Shown: positions 16,846-25,040 of the stretch, one piece after another
Position numbering within the stretch: position 1 is the stretch's first letter
Layout of the letters: the number at the start of each line of letters is the position of its first letter
DNA from: a virus
Lineage: Duplodnaviria > Caudoviricetes
IMG/VR virus record: IMGVR_UViG_3300017700_000722
Coordinates: 1-47,018 of that record
DNA: 47,018 nucleotides
Strand: one strand, 5' to 3'
Program-made: the position numbers and the translations under genes
The notes under the pieces: generated by a model
Database searches by the model: none
Told to the model about the DNA's origin: nothing
Seen by the model: only the letters and a program-made list of their open reading frames with translations

Positions 16846-16985
16846 CCCTCGGATTGGCGGAAGTGCCCGAGGCACCGAAACCGAAAGGTTCACGGCCCAA
16901 AGGCTAGGCATACGCGACCCCTAGAGGGGTGCACTAGTACCGCGAGGGCTAGGCAATGCGGGTTCGAGTCCCGCACGAGGGGCTA
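16846..16985 (+). ncRNA. Type-II (Leu/Ser-like) tRNA mimic B with a D-loop insertion and a 4-nt anticodon loop
   Basis: CCCTCG..TGGCGGAA[43-nt insert]AGGCATACGCG-ACCCC-TAGA-GGGGT, long variable arm, GCGGG-TTCGAGT-CCCGC-ACGAGGG-G-CTA. Confidence 0.7.
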
Positions 16986-19013
16986 ATGTTAGGTTGGGAT
17001 TTCGAGACCGAACCGTTTTCGCCAGGGGATCAATTCCCGCTTGCGGCGTGCCTCTCGTGGGCCGACCTCAACGGGAACGCGGGCCTATTGCACGGGCTCG
17101 ATCCTCAAACGCCGCTTGCGCTGGCGCAGGCGTTCGCAGGTAATACGGCGGGGGCTAACACGGCGTTCGACGCGGGCGTAGCGTTGCGCAATTACCCCGA
17201 GCTCGGGCCCGCGATATTCGACGCCTACGATTCGGATCGCGTCTATGACGTGCTGATCCGCCAGCAATTGATCGACCTCGCGGAGGGGCGACTACGAGGC
17301 TACCGAAGGGGCGAAGGCGGGAAGCTCGAAAAAATCGGGTATGGCCTCGATGAGGTCGCGCCGCGTAATGGCTTCCCGATGCCAAAGAAGGCGAAGCTAC
17401 GCAAGGGGCAAGAGATCCCGCGGAGCTCGCCCGACTATTGGCGGCGTCGCTACAATGAGCTCCGCCCGCTCATGCTCGAGGAATGGCCCGACGACGCCCG
17501 CAAGTATGCGATCGACGACGCCCGCGCCACAGTGGCAACCGTCGCGTGTCAGCAAGCAAAGGCGCACCTGCTCGACGATCAATTCCGGCAATGCCGCGCC
17601 GACTTTGCGCTAAAGCTCACGAGTGCTCGCGGGCTGATTACGGATCCTGACGCCGTCCCGTATTTCGAGCGGGCTATCGAGCGAAGGATCGGCGAGCTCC
17701 GCGACGTGCTTTCCGAGCCCGCCGCTTGGATGTGGTCGGGCTCGCAGTGGGAAGGCGCGGGCCTCGTGCGTGAGGATGGCTCCCGCGACATGAAAGCCGC
17801 CCGCGCGCGCATGGTGGCAGTGTGCCAACGCGAGGGGATCCCGGTCAAGCTCACCCCGAAGGTTTGGAAAGTCTCGAAAAAAACGGGCGAGCGCTACGAG
17901 TCGGGCGGCGAGGTCATGACCGACGCCGACACGTGCGAAGAGACGGGCGATGAGATCCTAAAGTTGTTTGGGGAATACGCCCAAATGATCGCGGTCAAGT
18001 CGAAGGATCTCGAATTCCTGACGCGAGGCACGCGCGAGCCGATCCATTGCCGTTACAATTGCATCCTCGAGACGGGCCGCACGTCGTCGAGCAAGCCCAA
18101 CGTTCAGAACTTGCGCACGCTGCCAGGCATCCGCGAGGCGTTCATACCTCGAGCGGGCTACGTGTTCGCAATGGCGGACTATTCCGGCCTCGAATTGGCA
18201 ATGATGGCGCAGGCCTGCCTAGAGCTCGTAGGCTTCTCGCACCTCGCCGACGCAATCAACGCGAACCGCGACGCACATCTAGAGGTTGCCGCTCGCATCC
18301 TGCAACGCCCGTACGATGAGCTCGTAACGATTTACGAGAACGAGGATCACCCGGAATGGGACGTCGTTTACAAGGCGCGCCAAACGGGCAAGGTCGCTAA
18401 CTTCGGGTTCCCTGGCGGGCTCGGAGCCGCGACGCTAGTGGAATACGCCCGCGCCCTTTACAACGTGCGGATCACGGAAGCGGAGGCCAAAAACCTTAAG
18501 CGCATTTGGCTCGACACGTTCCCCGAATTCCGCCGCTACTTCCAAATCATTGGCGCAGCCGTCGAGCGTGGCTTGGGTATTACCCAACTCTACACGCGCA
18601 GGCATCGGGGCAAGGTCACCTATTGCGCCGCCGCGAACACGCTGTTTCAGGGGCTCGGCGCCGACGTCGCGAAATCGGCGGGGTGGAAAATCGCCCGCGC
18701 TTGCTTCAATGACGTTCATTCGCCGCTATGGGGATCGTTCCCGGTCGTGTTCGCCCACGATGAATGGATCTTGGAAGTGCCCGAGTACAAGGCGCACGAG
18801 GCTGCGATCGAATTGGAACGCCTCATGCTCGAGGCAGCCCGCGAGCTCGTGAAAGGTGTACGCCTCAAGGCTGCCCCGAAGCTCGCGCGGCGTTGGGCGA
18901 AGAAAGCGAAAACGCTAAAAGATGGTAATGGGCGCTTGATTCCGTGGGATAAGCCTTACCTTGAGCTCATGAAAACGAGTGAGGCGGAAGACAAGCGAAA
19001 GCAGGCAGCATGA
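16986..19013 (+). CDS. polA: Family A DNA polymerase with 3'-5' exonuclease
   Basis: ExoI DFET, ExoII NTAFD, ExoIII YAIDD; TGRTSSSKPNVQN; motif A ADYSGLE; motif B RQTGKVANFG; motif C HDE. Start placed at ATG 16986 after GAGGGG. Confidence 0.95.
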   Translation: MLGWDFETEPFSPGDQFPLAACLSWADLNGNAGLLHGLDPQTPLALAQAFAGNTAGANTAFDAGVALRNYPELGPAIFDAYDSDRVYDVLIRQQLIDLAEGRLRGYRRGEGGKLEKIGYGLDEVAPRNGFPMPKKAKLRKGQEIPRSSPDYWRRRYNELRPLMLEEWPDDARKYAIDDARATVATVACQQAKAHLLDDQFRQCRADFALKLTSARGLITDPDAVPYFERAIERRIGELRDVLSEPAAWMWSGSQWEGAGLVREDGSRDMKAARARMVAVCQREGIPVKLTPKVWKVSKKTGERYESGGEVMTDADTCEETGDEILKLFGEYAQMIAVKSKDLEFLTRGTREPIHCRYNCILETGRTSSSKPNVQNLRTLPGIREAFIPRAGYVFAMADYSGLELAMMAQACLELVGFSHLADAINANRDAHLEVAARILQRPYDELVTIYENEDHPEWDVVYKARQTGKVANFGFPGGLGAATLVEYARALYNVRITEAEAKNLKRIWLDTFPEFRRYFQIIGAAVERGLGITQLYTRRHRGKVTYCAAANTLFQGLGADVAKSAGWKIARACFNDVHSPLWGSFPVVFAHDEWILEVPEYKAHEAAIELERLMLEAARELVKGVRLKAAPKLARRWAKKAKTLKDGNGRLIPWDKPYLELMKTSEAEDKRKQAA

Positions 19014-19189
19014 AATTTCCCCCCTACACCTGCGCGGAGCTCGACGCCCTCGACGCCGAGACGATCCCGGCGGAGCTCGAAACCCTCGAGAGCCTGCCCC
19101 GTTGGACGTCGGCGGAAATGTCGGCGTGCTGCAAGGCCTGGCGCAGGCAATCGAAAGCCCCTCGTAAAAAGTTGGCGTGCCAGGATTGA
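19010..19189 (+). CDS. Small hypothetical protein (59 aa, not in the ORF track)
   Basis: ATGA overlap with polA; MKFPPYTCAELDALDAETIPAELETLE... Confidence 0.5.
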   Translation: MKFPPYTCAELDALDAETIPAELETLESLPRWTSAEMSACCKAWRRQSKAPRKKLACQD

Positions 19190-19220
19190 CACGGCGAGCG
19201 GTCGTGGTTTACTAGGGCCC
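19178..19220 (+). promoter_or_regulatory. Second copy of the conserved sigma70-like leaderless promoter
   Basis: TGCCAGGATTGACACGG followed by TGGTTTACT-AGGGCCC-ATG. Confidence 0.65.
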
Positions 19221-19418
19221 ATGACAAGCATTCTGGATTCCGCCTCCGCCGTTCGGTTCGCAACGTTGCACGGTCCGCGTACCCGCCGCGCGATGATTCA
19301 GGTTCGCCAGATCATGGGGAACGTGCTCTTGCAGCGCAAGGTTAGCTCCCTCTTTCAACGCGTGCGCGGCACGCGGATCGACCCGAGCCCGAAAGTCGGC
19401 GGCTCATGGTGCAAGTGA
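19221..19418 (+). CDS. Small basic hypothetical protein
   Basis: ATG directly after the promoter. Confidence 0.55.
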   Translation: MTSILDSASAVRFATLHGPRTRRAMIQVRQIMGNVLLQRKVSSLFQRVRGTRIDPSPKVGGSWCK

Positions 19419-19573
19419 CCCCGCTTACCGCGCTGGCCATCGTGGACGCCTCCGCCGCCCGCGCGAAGATCAAAGCCGCCCTCAAGGATTCGACTCACCC
19501 CGCCGCCGCAAAGGCTCTCGGCGTCTCTCTTTCGACCCTTTGGCGCCTCGTGCGCAAGCTCGGGATCCAATGA
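19415..19573 (+). CDS. Stand-alone Fis-type HTH protein (52 aa, not in the ORF track)
   Basis: AAAKALGVSLSTLWRLVRKLGI, typical of the Fis/NtrC C-terminal HTH. Confidence 0.75.
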   Translation: MTPLTALAIVDASAARAKIKAALKDSTHPAAAKALGVSLSTLWRLVRKLGIQ

Positions 19574-19713
19574 ACAAGCCCGCGTATTTCGTGCAACAAG
19601 TCGGCGGCTCATGGTACGCGGAGGTTACGATCGGGTGGCGTACCTACGCCGCTTTCGGGTCGACGTTCCGCGAATGTGCGGAGGCCCTCAAGGCGAAGGC
19701 GGGCCATGCGTGA
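19570..19713 (+). CDS. Small beta-beta-beta-alpha protein (47 aa, not in the ORF track)
   Basis: MNKPAYFVQQVGGSWYAEVTIGWRTYAAFGSTFRECAEALKAKAGHA; ATGA overlap. Confidence 0.55.
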   Translation: MNKPAYFVQQVGGSWYAEVTIGWRTYAAFGSTFRECAEALKAKAGHA

Positions 19714-19757
19714 AACTCGGGATCACATGTGGCGGGCCCGCGCCTCGAAAGGCAATC

Positions 19758-20231
19758 ATGGCACTGCTCTCGATTGATTCAGGCGATGAGACGGGGTGGG
19801 CGTTCTTCCCGACGTTCGGCGATCCCGTCGGCGAGCCGAACCGCCTTTACGCGTGCGGCATCACTAAAGGTGACGCGCCCGTGTTTCCGCGCTACCCCTG
19901 CGCCTCGCTGAGCACGATCGTCGAAATCCCTCACAAGGGCAAAGGGAAGGCAAAGAAGGGCGATATTATCACCCTCGCTTTCCGCGCAGGCCTGGCGGCG
20001 GGCACCTACGGGGCACCCTGGCGCGCCATTCCCGCGAACGTGTGGAAAGGCACGGCCCCGAAATCCGTGTTTGCGCGTCGCATCCTCAAGGCTCTTACCC
20101 CCGCTGAGCTCGCAACCCTCAAGCGGGTTCTTTCGACACTTGCGAAAACCTATCATGACGACGTAATCGACGCCGTGGGCCTCGGGTTGTGGGCTTGCGG
20201 TCGTTTACCGAAAGGCGGTCCGCGTGGATAA
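19758..20231 (+). CDS. RuvC-like Holliday junction resolvase
   Basis: LLSIDSGDETGWA, IVEIP, WKG..PK, DDVIDAVGLG. Confidence 0.8.
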   Translation: MALLSIDSGDETGWAFFPTFGDPVGEPNRLYACGITKGDAPVFPRYPCASLSTIVEIPHKGKGKAKKGDIITLAFRAGLAAGTYGAPWRAIPANVWKGTAPKSVFARRILKALTPAELATLKRVLSTLAKTYHDDVIDAVGLGLWACGRLPKGGPRG

Positions 20232-20571
20232 TCAGAACCCGGAGAATCTCGTTTGCCTTCCCACGGAGGTTGGAAAGGCGATTCACAAGGCGTTGCAATT
20301 GAAATACGAGGAAGGGTTCCGCGCGCAGGGGCTCGCCACCCGTCAAGGCGTGCTGCTCGAAATCGTCGGGCTCGTGAAAGAGTGGGAGCGGAAGCACCTC
20401 GAGAACCGCGACCGCTACGAGAGCGACGCCCGCGAGGCGATCACGCCCGCGCCGTTTCAGTCTCGCCGCCCTGTGCGGCCGTGGCGTGAGTCGATCATCC
20501 TCGCCCTGCAAGAGCACGACGCCGCGGAGCTCTTGCACGTTTACGTTCAGAAATTGGAGGCGTTGCGATGA
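20224..20571 (+). CDS. Hypothetical protein
   Basis: Overlaps both neighbours; protein-like composition. Confidence 0.6.
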   Translation: MDNQNPENLVCLPTEVGKAIHKALQLKYEEGFRAQGLATRQGVLLEIVGLVKEWERKHLENRDRYESDAREAITPAPFQSRRPVRPWRESIILALQEHDAAELLHVYVQKLEALR

Positions 20572-21053
20572 TCGACTTTTACCGTTACGGGAAGCGCCCG
20601 CCGACGCCGCCCGATGCTTGTTGCATTACGGATGTGGGGCGCGCGGGCGAATCGCGCGGGAAGATCCCCGAGATCGAGTTTCAATTCGATTGCAGGGGCA
20701 ACCTACATCAACCGAGTTGCAATCCGGGTTGCAACAATTGCGGGCGGCGTCGCTGGCTTTTGGCCGTCGACTCCGCGATCGGCTGCGAGGAAACCGCAAT
20801 TCTGATCGACGATAGCCCCGACACCCTCGGGCACGATCCAAACGCCGCGCTGGTCATTGCTCAGCGCAAGCGCAGGCAATACGAGGATCCCCACAACGGA
20901 AAGGGCGAGATCACAGAGATCGGGTACATCGGGCAAGGTATGCGGGATCAGTGGACGGCGTTCCCGATCGACCCCGAGGCAGCCCGCAAGCTCGCCGCGA
21001 TGCTCAACGCGTGGGCCGACCACGCGCAAGAGGGGGGTTACTGTGCCTTCTGA
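20568..21053 (+). CDS. Hypothetical Cys-containing protein
   Basis: Coupled; C-terminal PEAARKLAAMLNAWAD helix common in phage proteins. Confidence 0.6.
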   Translation: MIDFYRYGKRPPTPPDACCITDVGRAGESRGKIPEIEFQFDCRGNLHQPSCNPGCNNCGRRRWLLAVDSAIGCEETAILIDDSPDTLGHDPNAALVIAQRKRRQYEDPHNGKGEITEIGYIGQGMRDQWTAFPIDPEAARKLAAMLNAWADHAQEGGYCAF

Positions 21054-21606
21054 GATCACAACCTCCGCCACGATTGACCGCGAACGCGTCGACCTCATCG
21101 TCAAGGCGGCGAAAGAGAACGCCGCAACCATCCTTGCCCTGCGCGTCGTGGACGCCGCTACGCACGCCCGCGCCGCGGAGGTGCTCGAATGGGCGGCGAA
21201 GGCTAGGAAGGCCCTTGCAGACGAACGGAAGGCGGTAAACAAGCCCCTCGCCGACGCAATCGAAAGGGTCGCATCGTGGTTCACGCCAGCGGAACAAGAG
21301 CTCGCGGCGGGCGAGCAGCACCTACGAAAGGAGATCGCCGAATACACGACCGCCAGCCGAGAGCGGAACATGCGGGCTCTCACAACGGGGGCTGCAATGG
21401 TCGAGGTTGCACACGATCCGCGCCTGCGAATCGTTCCCAAGGTCACGATCGAGATCGTCGATCGCAGCTTGATCCCGGCCGAATACCTCGTGCCCGATAC
21501 CGCAAAGCTGCTCGCCGTCGCAAAGGCGGGCGTCGAGGTGCCAGGCGTCAAACGCATCGTGACGAACACGACGCAACGCACGGGCGGTCGGAAGGCGGGA
21601 ACGTGA
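21043..21606 (+). CDS. Coiled-coil protein with Gp157/Gam-like C-terminus
   Basis: ERKAVNKPL...WF coiled coil followed by IEIVDRSLIPAEYLVPD..L....KAGVEVPGV. Confidence 0.7.
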   Translation: MPSEITTSATIDRERVDLIVKAAKENAATILALRVVDAATHARAAEVLEWAAKARKALADERKAVNKPLADAIERVASWFTPAEQELAAGEQHLRKEIAEYTTASRERNMRALTTGAAMVEVAHDPRLRIVPKVTIEIVDRSLIPAEYLVPDTAKLLAVAKAGVEVPGVKRIVTNTTQRTGGRKAGT

Positions 21607-21830
21607 GAGCCTATGCGCTTTGCCTGATTCGCGGGTGCGATCTGCGATGTGCAATCTTTCTTTCGGTGCATAGCACGGAAGAGCTAGCGAAACAGCGCGG
21701 CGGCGAATACTGGCGCGCGGGCCTGCTCGGCTGGCGCGAAATCTACACGCCCGGGAAAGAGCGGGTTTTGGTAGGTTTCGACCGATGGGATCAACCGGTT
21801 TTGGTCATTGAAGGGACACACCTCGAATGA
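21603..21830 (+). CDS. Hypothetical protein
   Basis: GTGA and ATGA overlaps. Confidence 0.55.
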   Translation: MRAYALCLIRGCDLRCAIFLSVHSTEELAKQRGGEYWRAGLLGWREIYTPGKERVLVGFDRWDQPVLVIEGTHLE

Positions 21831-21991
21831 AGCGCATTACGATCGAGCTCAACGAAAAAGATCACGCCCGTTTGGTCGCGCTGGCGCGCGCCAAGAACGC
21901 CACGCCCGAGGCTTGCTTGATTCGCATGGTGCAATCTTGCCAGCCGAACGGATCGGGGTGGGTACACCCGGCGGATAAACCCAAGTCATGA
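21827..21991 (+). CDS. Ribbon-helix-helix (CopG-like) protein (54 aa, not in the ORF track)
   Basis: MKRITIELNEKDHARLVALARAKNAT; overlaps the methyltransferase start. Confidence 0.6.
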   Translation: MKRITIELNEKDHARLVALARAKNATPEACLIRMVQSCQPNGSGWVHPADKPKS

Positions 21992-22782
21992 TCTATCACG
22001 GCAACATGCTCGAGATCAGCCCCGCGGCGGTCGCGACTTACGACGTAATGCTAACGGATCCCCCCTACCGGGAGCACGTGCACTCCGCCGCGACGTCGCA
22101 AAGCGTTGGGCGAGGGACGCGAAAACGCGATCTCGGGTTCGAGTCACTCTCGCGAGCGCTTCGCCAGCGCACGGCGGATTACGCCTCGATGGTCCGCCGC
22201 TGGTCGGTCGTATATTCCGACGTCGAGGATTCGACTTGGCTGCGCCTCGCCGTTCAAGCTCGCGGCGTGGATTACATCCGGACCATACCATGGGTGCGTT
22301 GGAGCATGCCGCAACTCTCGGGCGACCGCCCGCCTCAAGGGTTCGAGCATTTGCTCGTGTTTCACCCAAAAGGGCGCAAGCGTTGGAATGGGCCCGGCAA
22401 CCTCACGCACCTCGAGCACCTTGCGCTTAGGGGCGAGGGGAAACACAAATGCGAGAAACCTCTCGATCAGGCGCTCGATCTGGTGAGCTACTTTTCAGAT
22501 CGCGGGGAAACCGTGTTCGATCCCTTCTCAGGGTCGGGCGTGTTCGCGCTGGCGGCTCGGCTGCTCGAACGGAACTTCATTGGCGTCGAGCTCGATCTCG
22601 AATGGGTGGCGAAGGGCAACGCCCGAGCTACAAGCCGCCTTAGCGCTCGCGACCATGAGCGTTTGACTCGATGGCTCGACGCGCCCACGGAGCCCGTTAG
22701 CGCGCTCGCGGAGGGCCCTAGCCTCGTGCGTGCCTCGAACCGTCGCGGCGATCGGGAGCTCGCCGCAAGGGCCCTCCAATGA
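21988..22782 (+). CDS. Beta-class N6-adenine/N4-cytosine DNA methyltransferase
   Basis: TDPPY precedes H..EKP and VFDPFSGSG...FIGVE. Confidence 0.92.
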   Translation: MIYHGNMLEISPAAVATYDVMLTDPPYREHVHSAATSQSVGRGTRKRDLGFESLSRALRQRTADYASMVRRWSVVYSDVEDSTWLRLAVQARGVDYIRTIPWVRWSMPQLSGDRPPQGFEHLLVFHPKGRKRWNGPGNLTHLEHLALRGEGKHKCEKPLDQALDLVSYFSDRGETVFDPFSGSGVFALAARLLERNFIGVELDLEWVAKGNARATSRLSARDHERLTRWLDAPTEPVSALAEGPSLVRASNRRGDRELAARALQ

Positions 22783-23207
22783 TGACGGTAAATTACCCCG
22801 AGCGGGATACGCTGCTCGTAACAGGGTCGCGCGACTGTAGGGCGCAGGGCTTGATCTTCGCCGACCTCGACTCGATCCTGATTTGCGTGCGGCCCATCCG
22901 CCGCCTCGTGCACGGGGATTGCCCCACGGGGGCGGATCGAATCGCCGACTTTTGGGCGAGGGCTCGCGGTCTCGAGGTGCTGCCCTACACCGTGAATCAC
23001 GAGCTCGACGGCCCATGGCCCGGCGCAGGCCCGCGCCGCAACGAACGCATGGTGCGGGCGGAGGCTCCGCGCCTGCGAGCGGTGTGCGCGTTCTCTGTGA
23101 CGCTACAGGGCTACACCCGCGGCACGGGCGGGTGTGTTGAGTTGGTCGATCGCTATCTGTCCGCCGTCGGGCGGAGCGTGCCGCGCTTCTCGGCGTTCGG
23201 CCGTTAG
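22779..23207 (+). CDS. YspA-like SLOG family protein
   Basis: LLVTGSRD, LVHGDCPTGAD, AGPRRNERM, RGT. Confidence 0.85.
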   Translation: MMTVNYPERDTLLVTGSRDCRAQGLIFADLDSILICVRPIRRLVHGDCPTGADRIADFWARARGLEVLPYTVNHELDGPWPGAGPRRNERMVRAEAPRLRAVCAFSVTLQGYTRGTGGCVELVDRYLSAVGRSVPRFSAFGR

Positions 23208-23211
23208 GCCG

Positions 23212-24435
23212 TTAGGCCCCCATGCGGAGGCCATACGCGAAGGCGTGAGAGCCCGCCGCGACATAACCCGCGCAGGCCCAACGCCGATCCGTGACCCGAA
23301 CGATATTGATCGTCGGATCCGGGGTAAGCGTCGTGTGCCGCGCCATCGGGTCGGGAACGAACGAGAACGATTCGCAAGCGTCACCCGTCCACAGGATCCC
23401 GGGTTGCCCGTCGAGCTCGCCAGCGACGGCGAAGATCGAACCTCGCACCGCACTCGTGTTGTTTCGCGAGAGCAGCACGAAATCCGCCGGGAGGTTCGCC
23501 GACTTGTCCACCCAAGTATTCCCGCCGTCGGCGGATACGAGAATGAACGTCGTCGATCCATCCTTCGCCATAAGGACCATGAGATCATCGGCGGGCATGT
23601 AGCGCAGCTCTTGCGCGTTCGCGCCGCCCATCGGGCCCGTGAGGGGCGAGGTTTGCTTTACAGGCGTGAACACACCCGCCACGCTCGGAGGCCATCGCCA
23701 AAATTCCGTATCGTTTGCGGCGAGCTTCCAATCCGGGCCCGCTGCGATGAGGTAGAAAACCGGAGTCTCGCCCGTGTCGACCGTGTTCAAGGTCATAGGC
23801 ATCGATCCATTTGCATTCGTGAGCCGCCAGATCCCGCCGCTGCTCGAGTGCTCGCCGACAACCCAAAAGCAATTTTCGTCGGAGTCGAACGTAATTGCGT
23901 TCGCTTGCGTGCACGAGGTAAGCGCCTGGCTTGTCCACGTCGTGCCCGCCGAGCCCTGGCAGTAAATCCGCCCTGCGCCCGCGACCTCGTAAATCGCAGC
24001 GTTGCACAATGGCGCCTGCGCCAGGCCCGTAAATACCGCGCCAGGGGAATTCAGATCCGACGCCCACGTAACGCCATCGTTGAGGCTGATCATCAGATCC
24101 TCATCGTTCGAGACGAAGATCAGGGGGCGGCGAGGATCCCAAAGCTTCGCGCTGAGATCCGTTGTGGAATTCCCGCCCGCCGCGCACGAGCCATCCCCGT
24201 TGCCAGGCAAAGGCCAATTCATGATCTCGAGGGCGTCGAGGTCGAGCAGACGCCTTCCCACGTCGTTATCGCGGAAGTTCGCCCAATTCGACGGGAGCGA
24301 TTGCACGGGCTGATACAGGCCCGCCGCCTTTTCGCCTAGCGAAGGTTCGAGCTTGCAATCGATCGCCGTGTAGGGCGCATCCGCAAACTTCTCGTTCGTT
24401 GCATATTGGCGCGGAGCGCCCGCCGGTCGACTCAT
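23212..24435 (-). CDS. Tail fibre / receptor-binding protein with beta-propeller (Asp-box) domain
   Basis: Last late gene after the baseplate; Asp-boxes SLNDGVTW and SADGGNTW. Confidence 0.65.
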   Translation of the reverse strand: MSRPAGAPRQYATNEKFADAPYTAIDCKLEPSLGEKAAGLYQPVQSLPSNWANFRDNDVGRRLLDLDALEIMNWPLPGNGDGSCAAGGNSTTDLSAKLWDPRRPLIFVSNDEDLMISLNDGVTWASDLNSPGAVFTGLAQAPLCNAAIYEVAGAGRIYCQGSAGTTWTSQALTSCTQANAITFDSDENCFWVVGEHSSSGGIWRLTNANGSMPMTLNTVDTGETPVFYLIAAGPDWKLAANDTEFWRWPPSVAGVFTPVKQTSPLTGPMGGANAQELRYMPADDLMVLMAKDGSTTFILVSADGGNTWVDKSANLPADFVLLSRNNTSAVRGSIFAVAGELDGQPGILWTGDACESFSFVPDPMARHTTLTPDPTINIVRVTDRRWACAGYVAAGSHAFAYGLRMGA

Positions 24436-25040
24436 TACAACCTCATAGCGACGCTAAGCCGCCCACCAAGATCAGGATCACTCGAGAGCCCGCACCCTTG
24501 CGCGCCCTCGCCGATCGTTCGATCGGTATCAATTCCGCAAATGAACGTGTCGGCCCGCTCCGCCGTATTCCACACGAAATCACATCGTGACCCGAGCGGC
24601 TTGATCGTCGCCAGGTTCGCGACCAACGGATCGAGCGCAACCGGGAGGGCGATCACGCACTCGATAACGAACGAGGCGGGCGGGAAATCGCGCGTTACGA
24701 TGACGTCGGTTAGTTGGGTGGACAGATCCCCAATCTCTTTCACGTCGGCGTCATTGCCGATCGCGCGGAGGATCCGACCCTGCGCGTAAAGGGCGACGCG
24801 ATAATCATCATCGTCGAGCCCATTACGCCCACGGTCGAGCAGGCTGCCGAACATGTCGAGGATTTTCCCGAACCCGTCGGTTAGATTCAGGTAATCCGCG
24901 ACCTCCCATGCCGCATCCTCCAACTTCTGAATTTGCTTGAGCGAGGTCGAAACCCACGCCTGCAACTTCGGTTGTCGGAGCGGGCCGATCCAGCGCTTGA
25001 CGCCGCGAGCGACGTGCGAGGTTGACCTTTCGACGGCCAT
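24435..25040 (-). CDS. Baseplate wedge protein (DUF2612-like)
   Basis: GKILDMFGSLLDRGRNGLDDDDYRVAL. Confidence 0.8.
   Translation of the reverse strand: MAVERSTSHVARGVKRWIGPLRQPKLQAWVSTSLKQIQKLEDAAWEVADYLNLTDGFGKILDMFGSLLDRGRNGLDDDDYRVALYAQGRILRAIGNDADVKEIGDLSTQLTDVIVTRDFPPASFVIECVIALPVALDPLVANLATIKPLGSRCDFVWNTAERADTFICGIDTDRTIGEGAQGCGLSSDPDLGGRLSVAMRL

Larger units (their letters stand above)
16508..16985 (+). ncRNA. Structured non-coding RNA cassette (several hairpins plus two tRNA-like elements)
   Basis: No credible ORF. Stems include ACACCC/GGGTGT, GGTGCCC/GGGCACC and GCCCGCACCCCT/AGGGGTGCGGGC, plus two TTCGANT T-arms, separated by short A/U-rich linkers. Confidence 0.7.

Noticed and set aside
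16846-16985. Functional tRNA-Leu(TAG) or amber suppressor
   Set aside because: The anticodon loop is 4 nt (6 at most), the D-loop has a large insert and there is no CCA, so it is reported as a mimic.
16608-16985. tmRNA
   Set aside because: Each tRNA-like element closes its own acceptor stem locally, there is no G3-U70 pair and no tag reading frame is evident.
16956-16985. polA start at 16956 as in the ORF track
   Set aside because: It lies within the T-arm of the tRNA mimic and has no clear RBS. ATG 16986 has GAGGGG upstream and sits just before the ExoI motif.
16986-19013. Z-genome (2-aminoadenine) or other known hypermodification pathway
   Set aside because: No PurZ, DatZ, MazZ, queuosine-pathway or thymidylate-synthase-like gene is recognisable.
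23199-23220. GGCCGTTA tandem repeat at the convergence of the two arms as a terminator or att site
   Set aside because: It is only two 8-bp units that include the stop codons, with no hairpin plus U-tract and no integrase.
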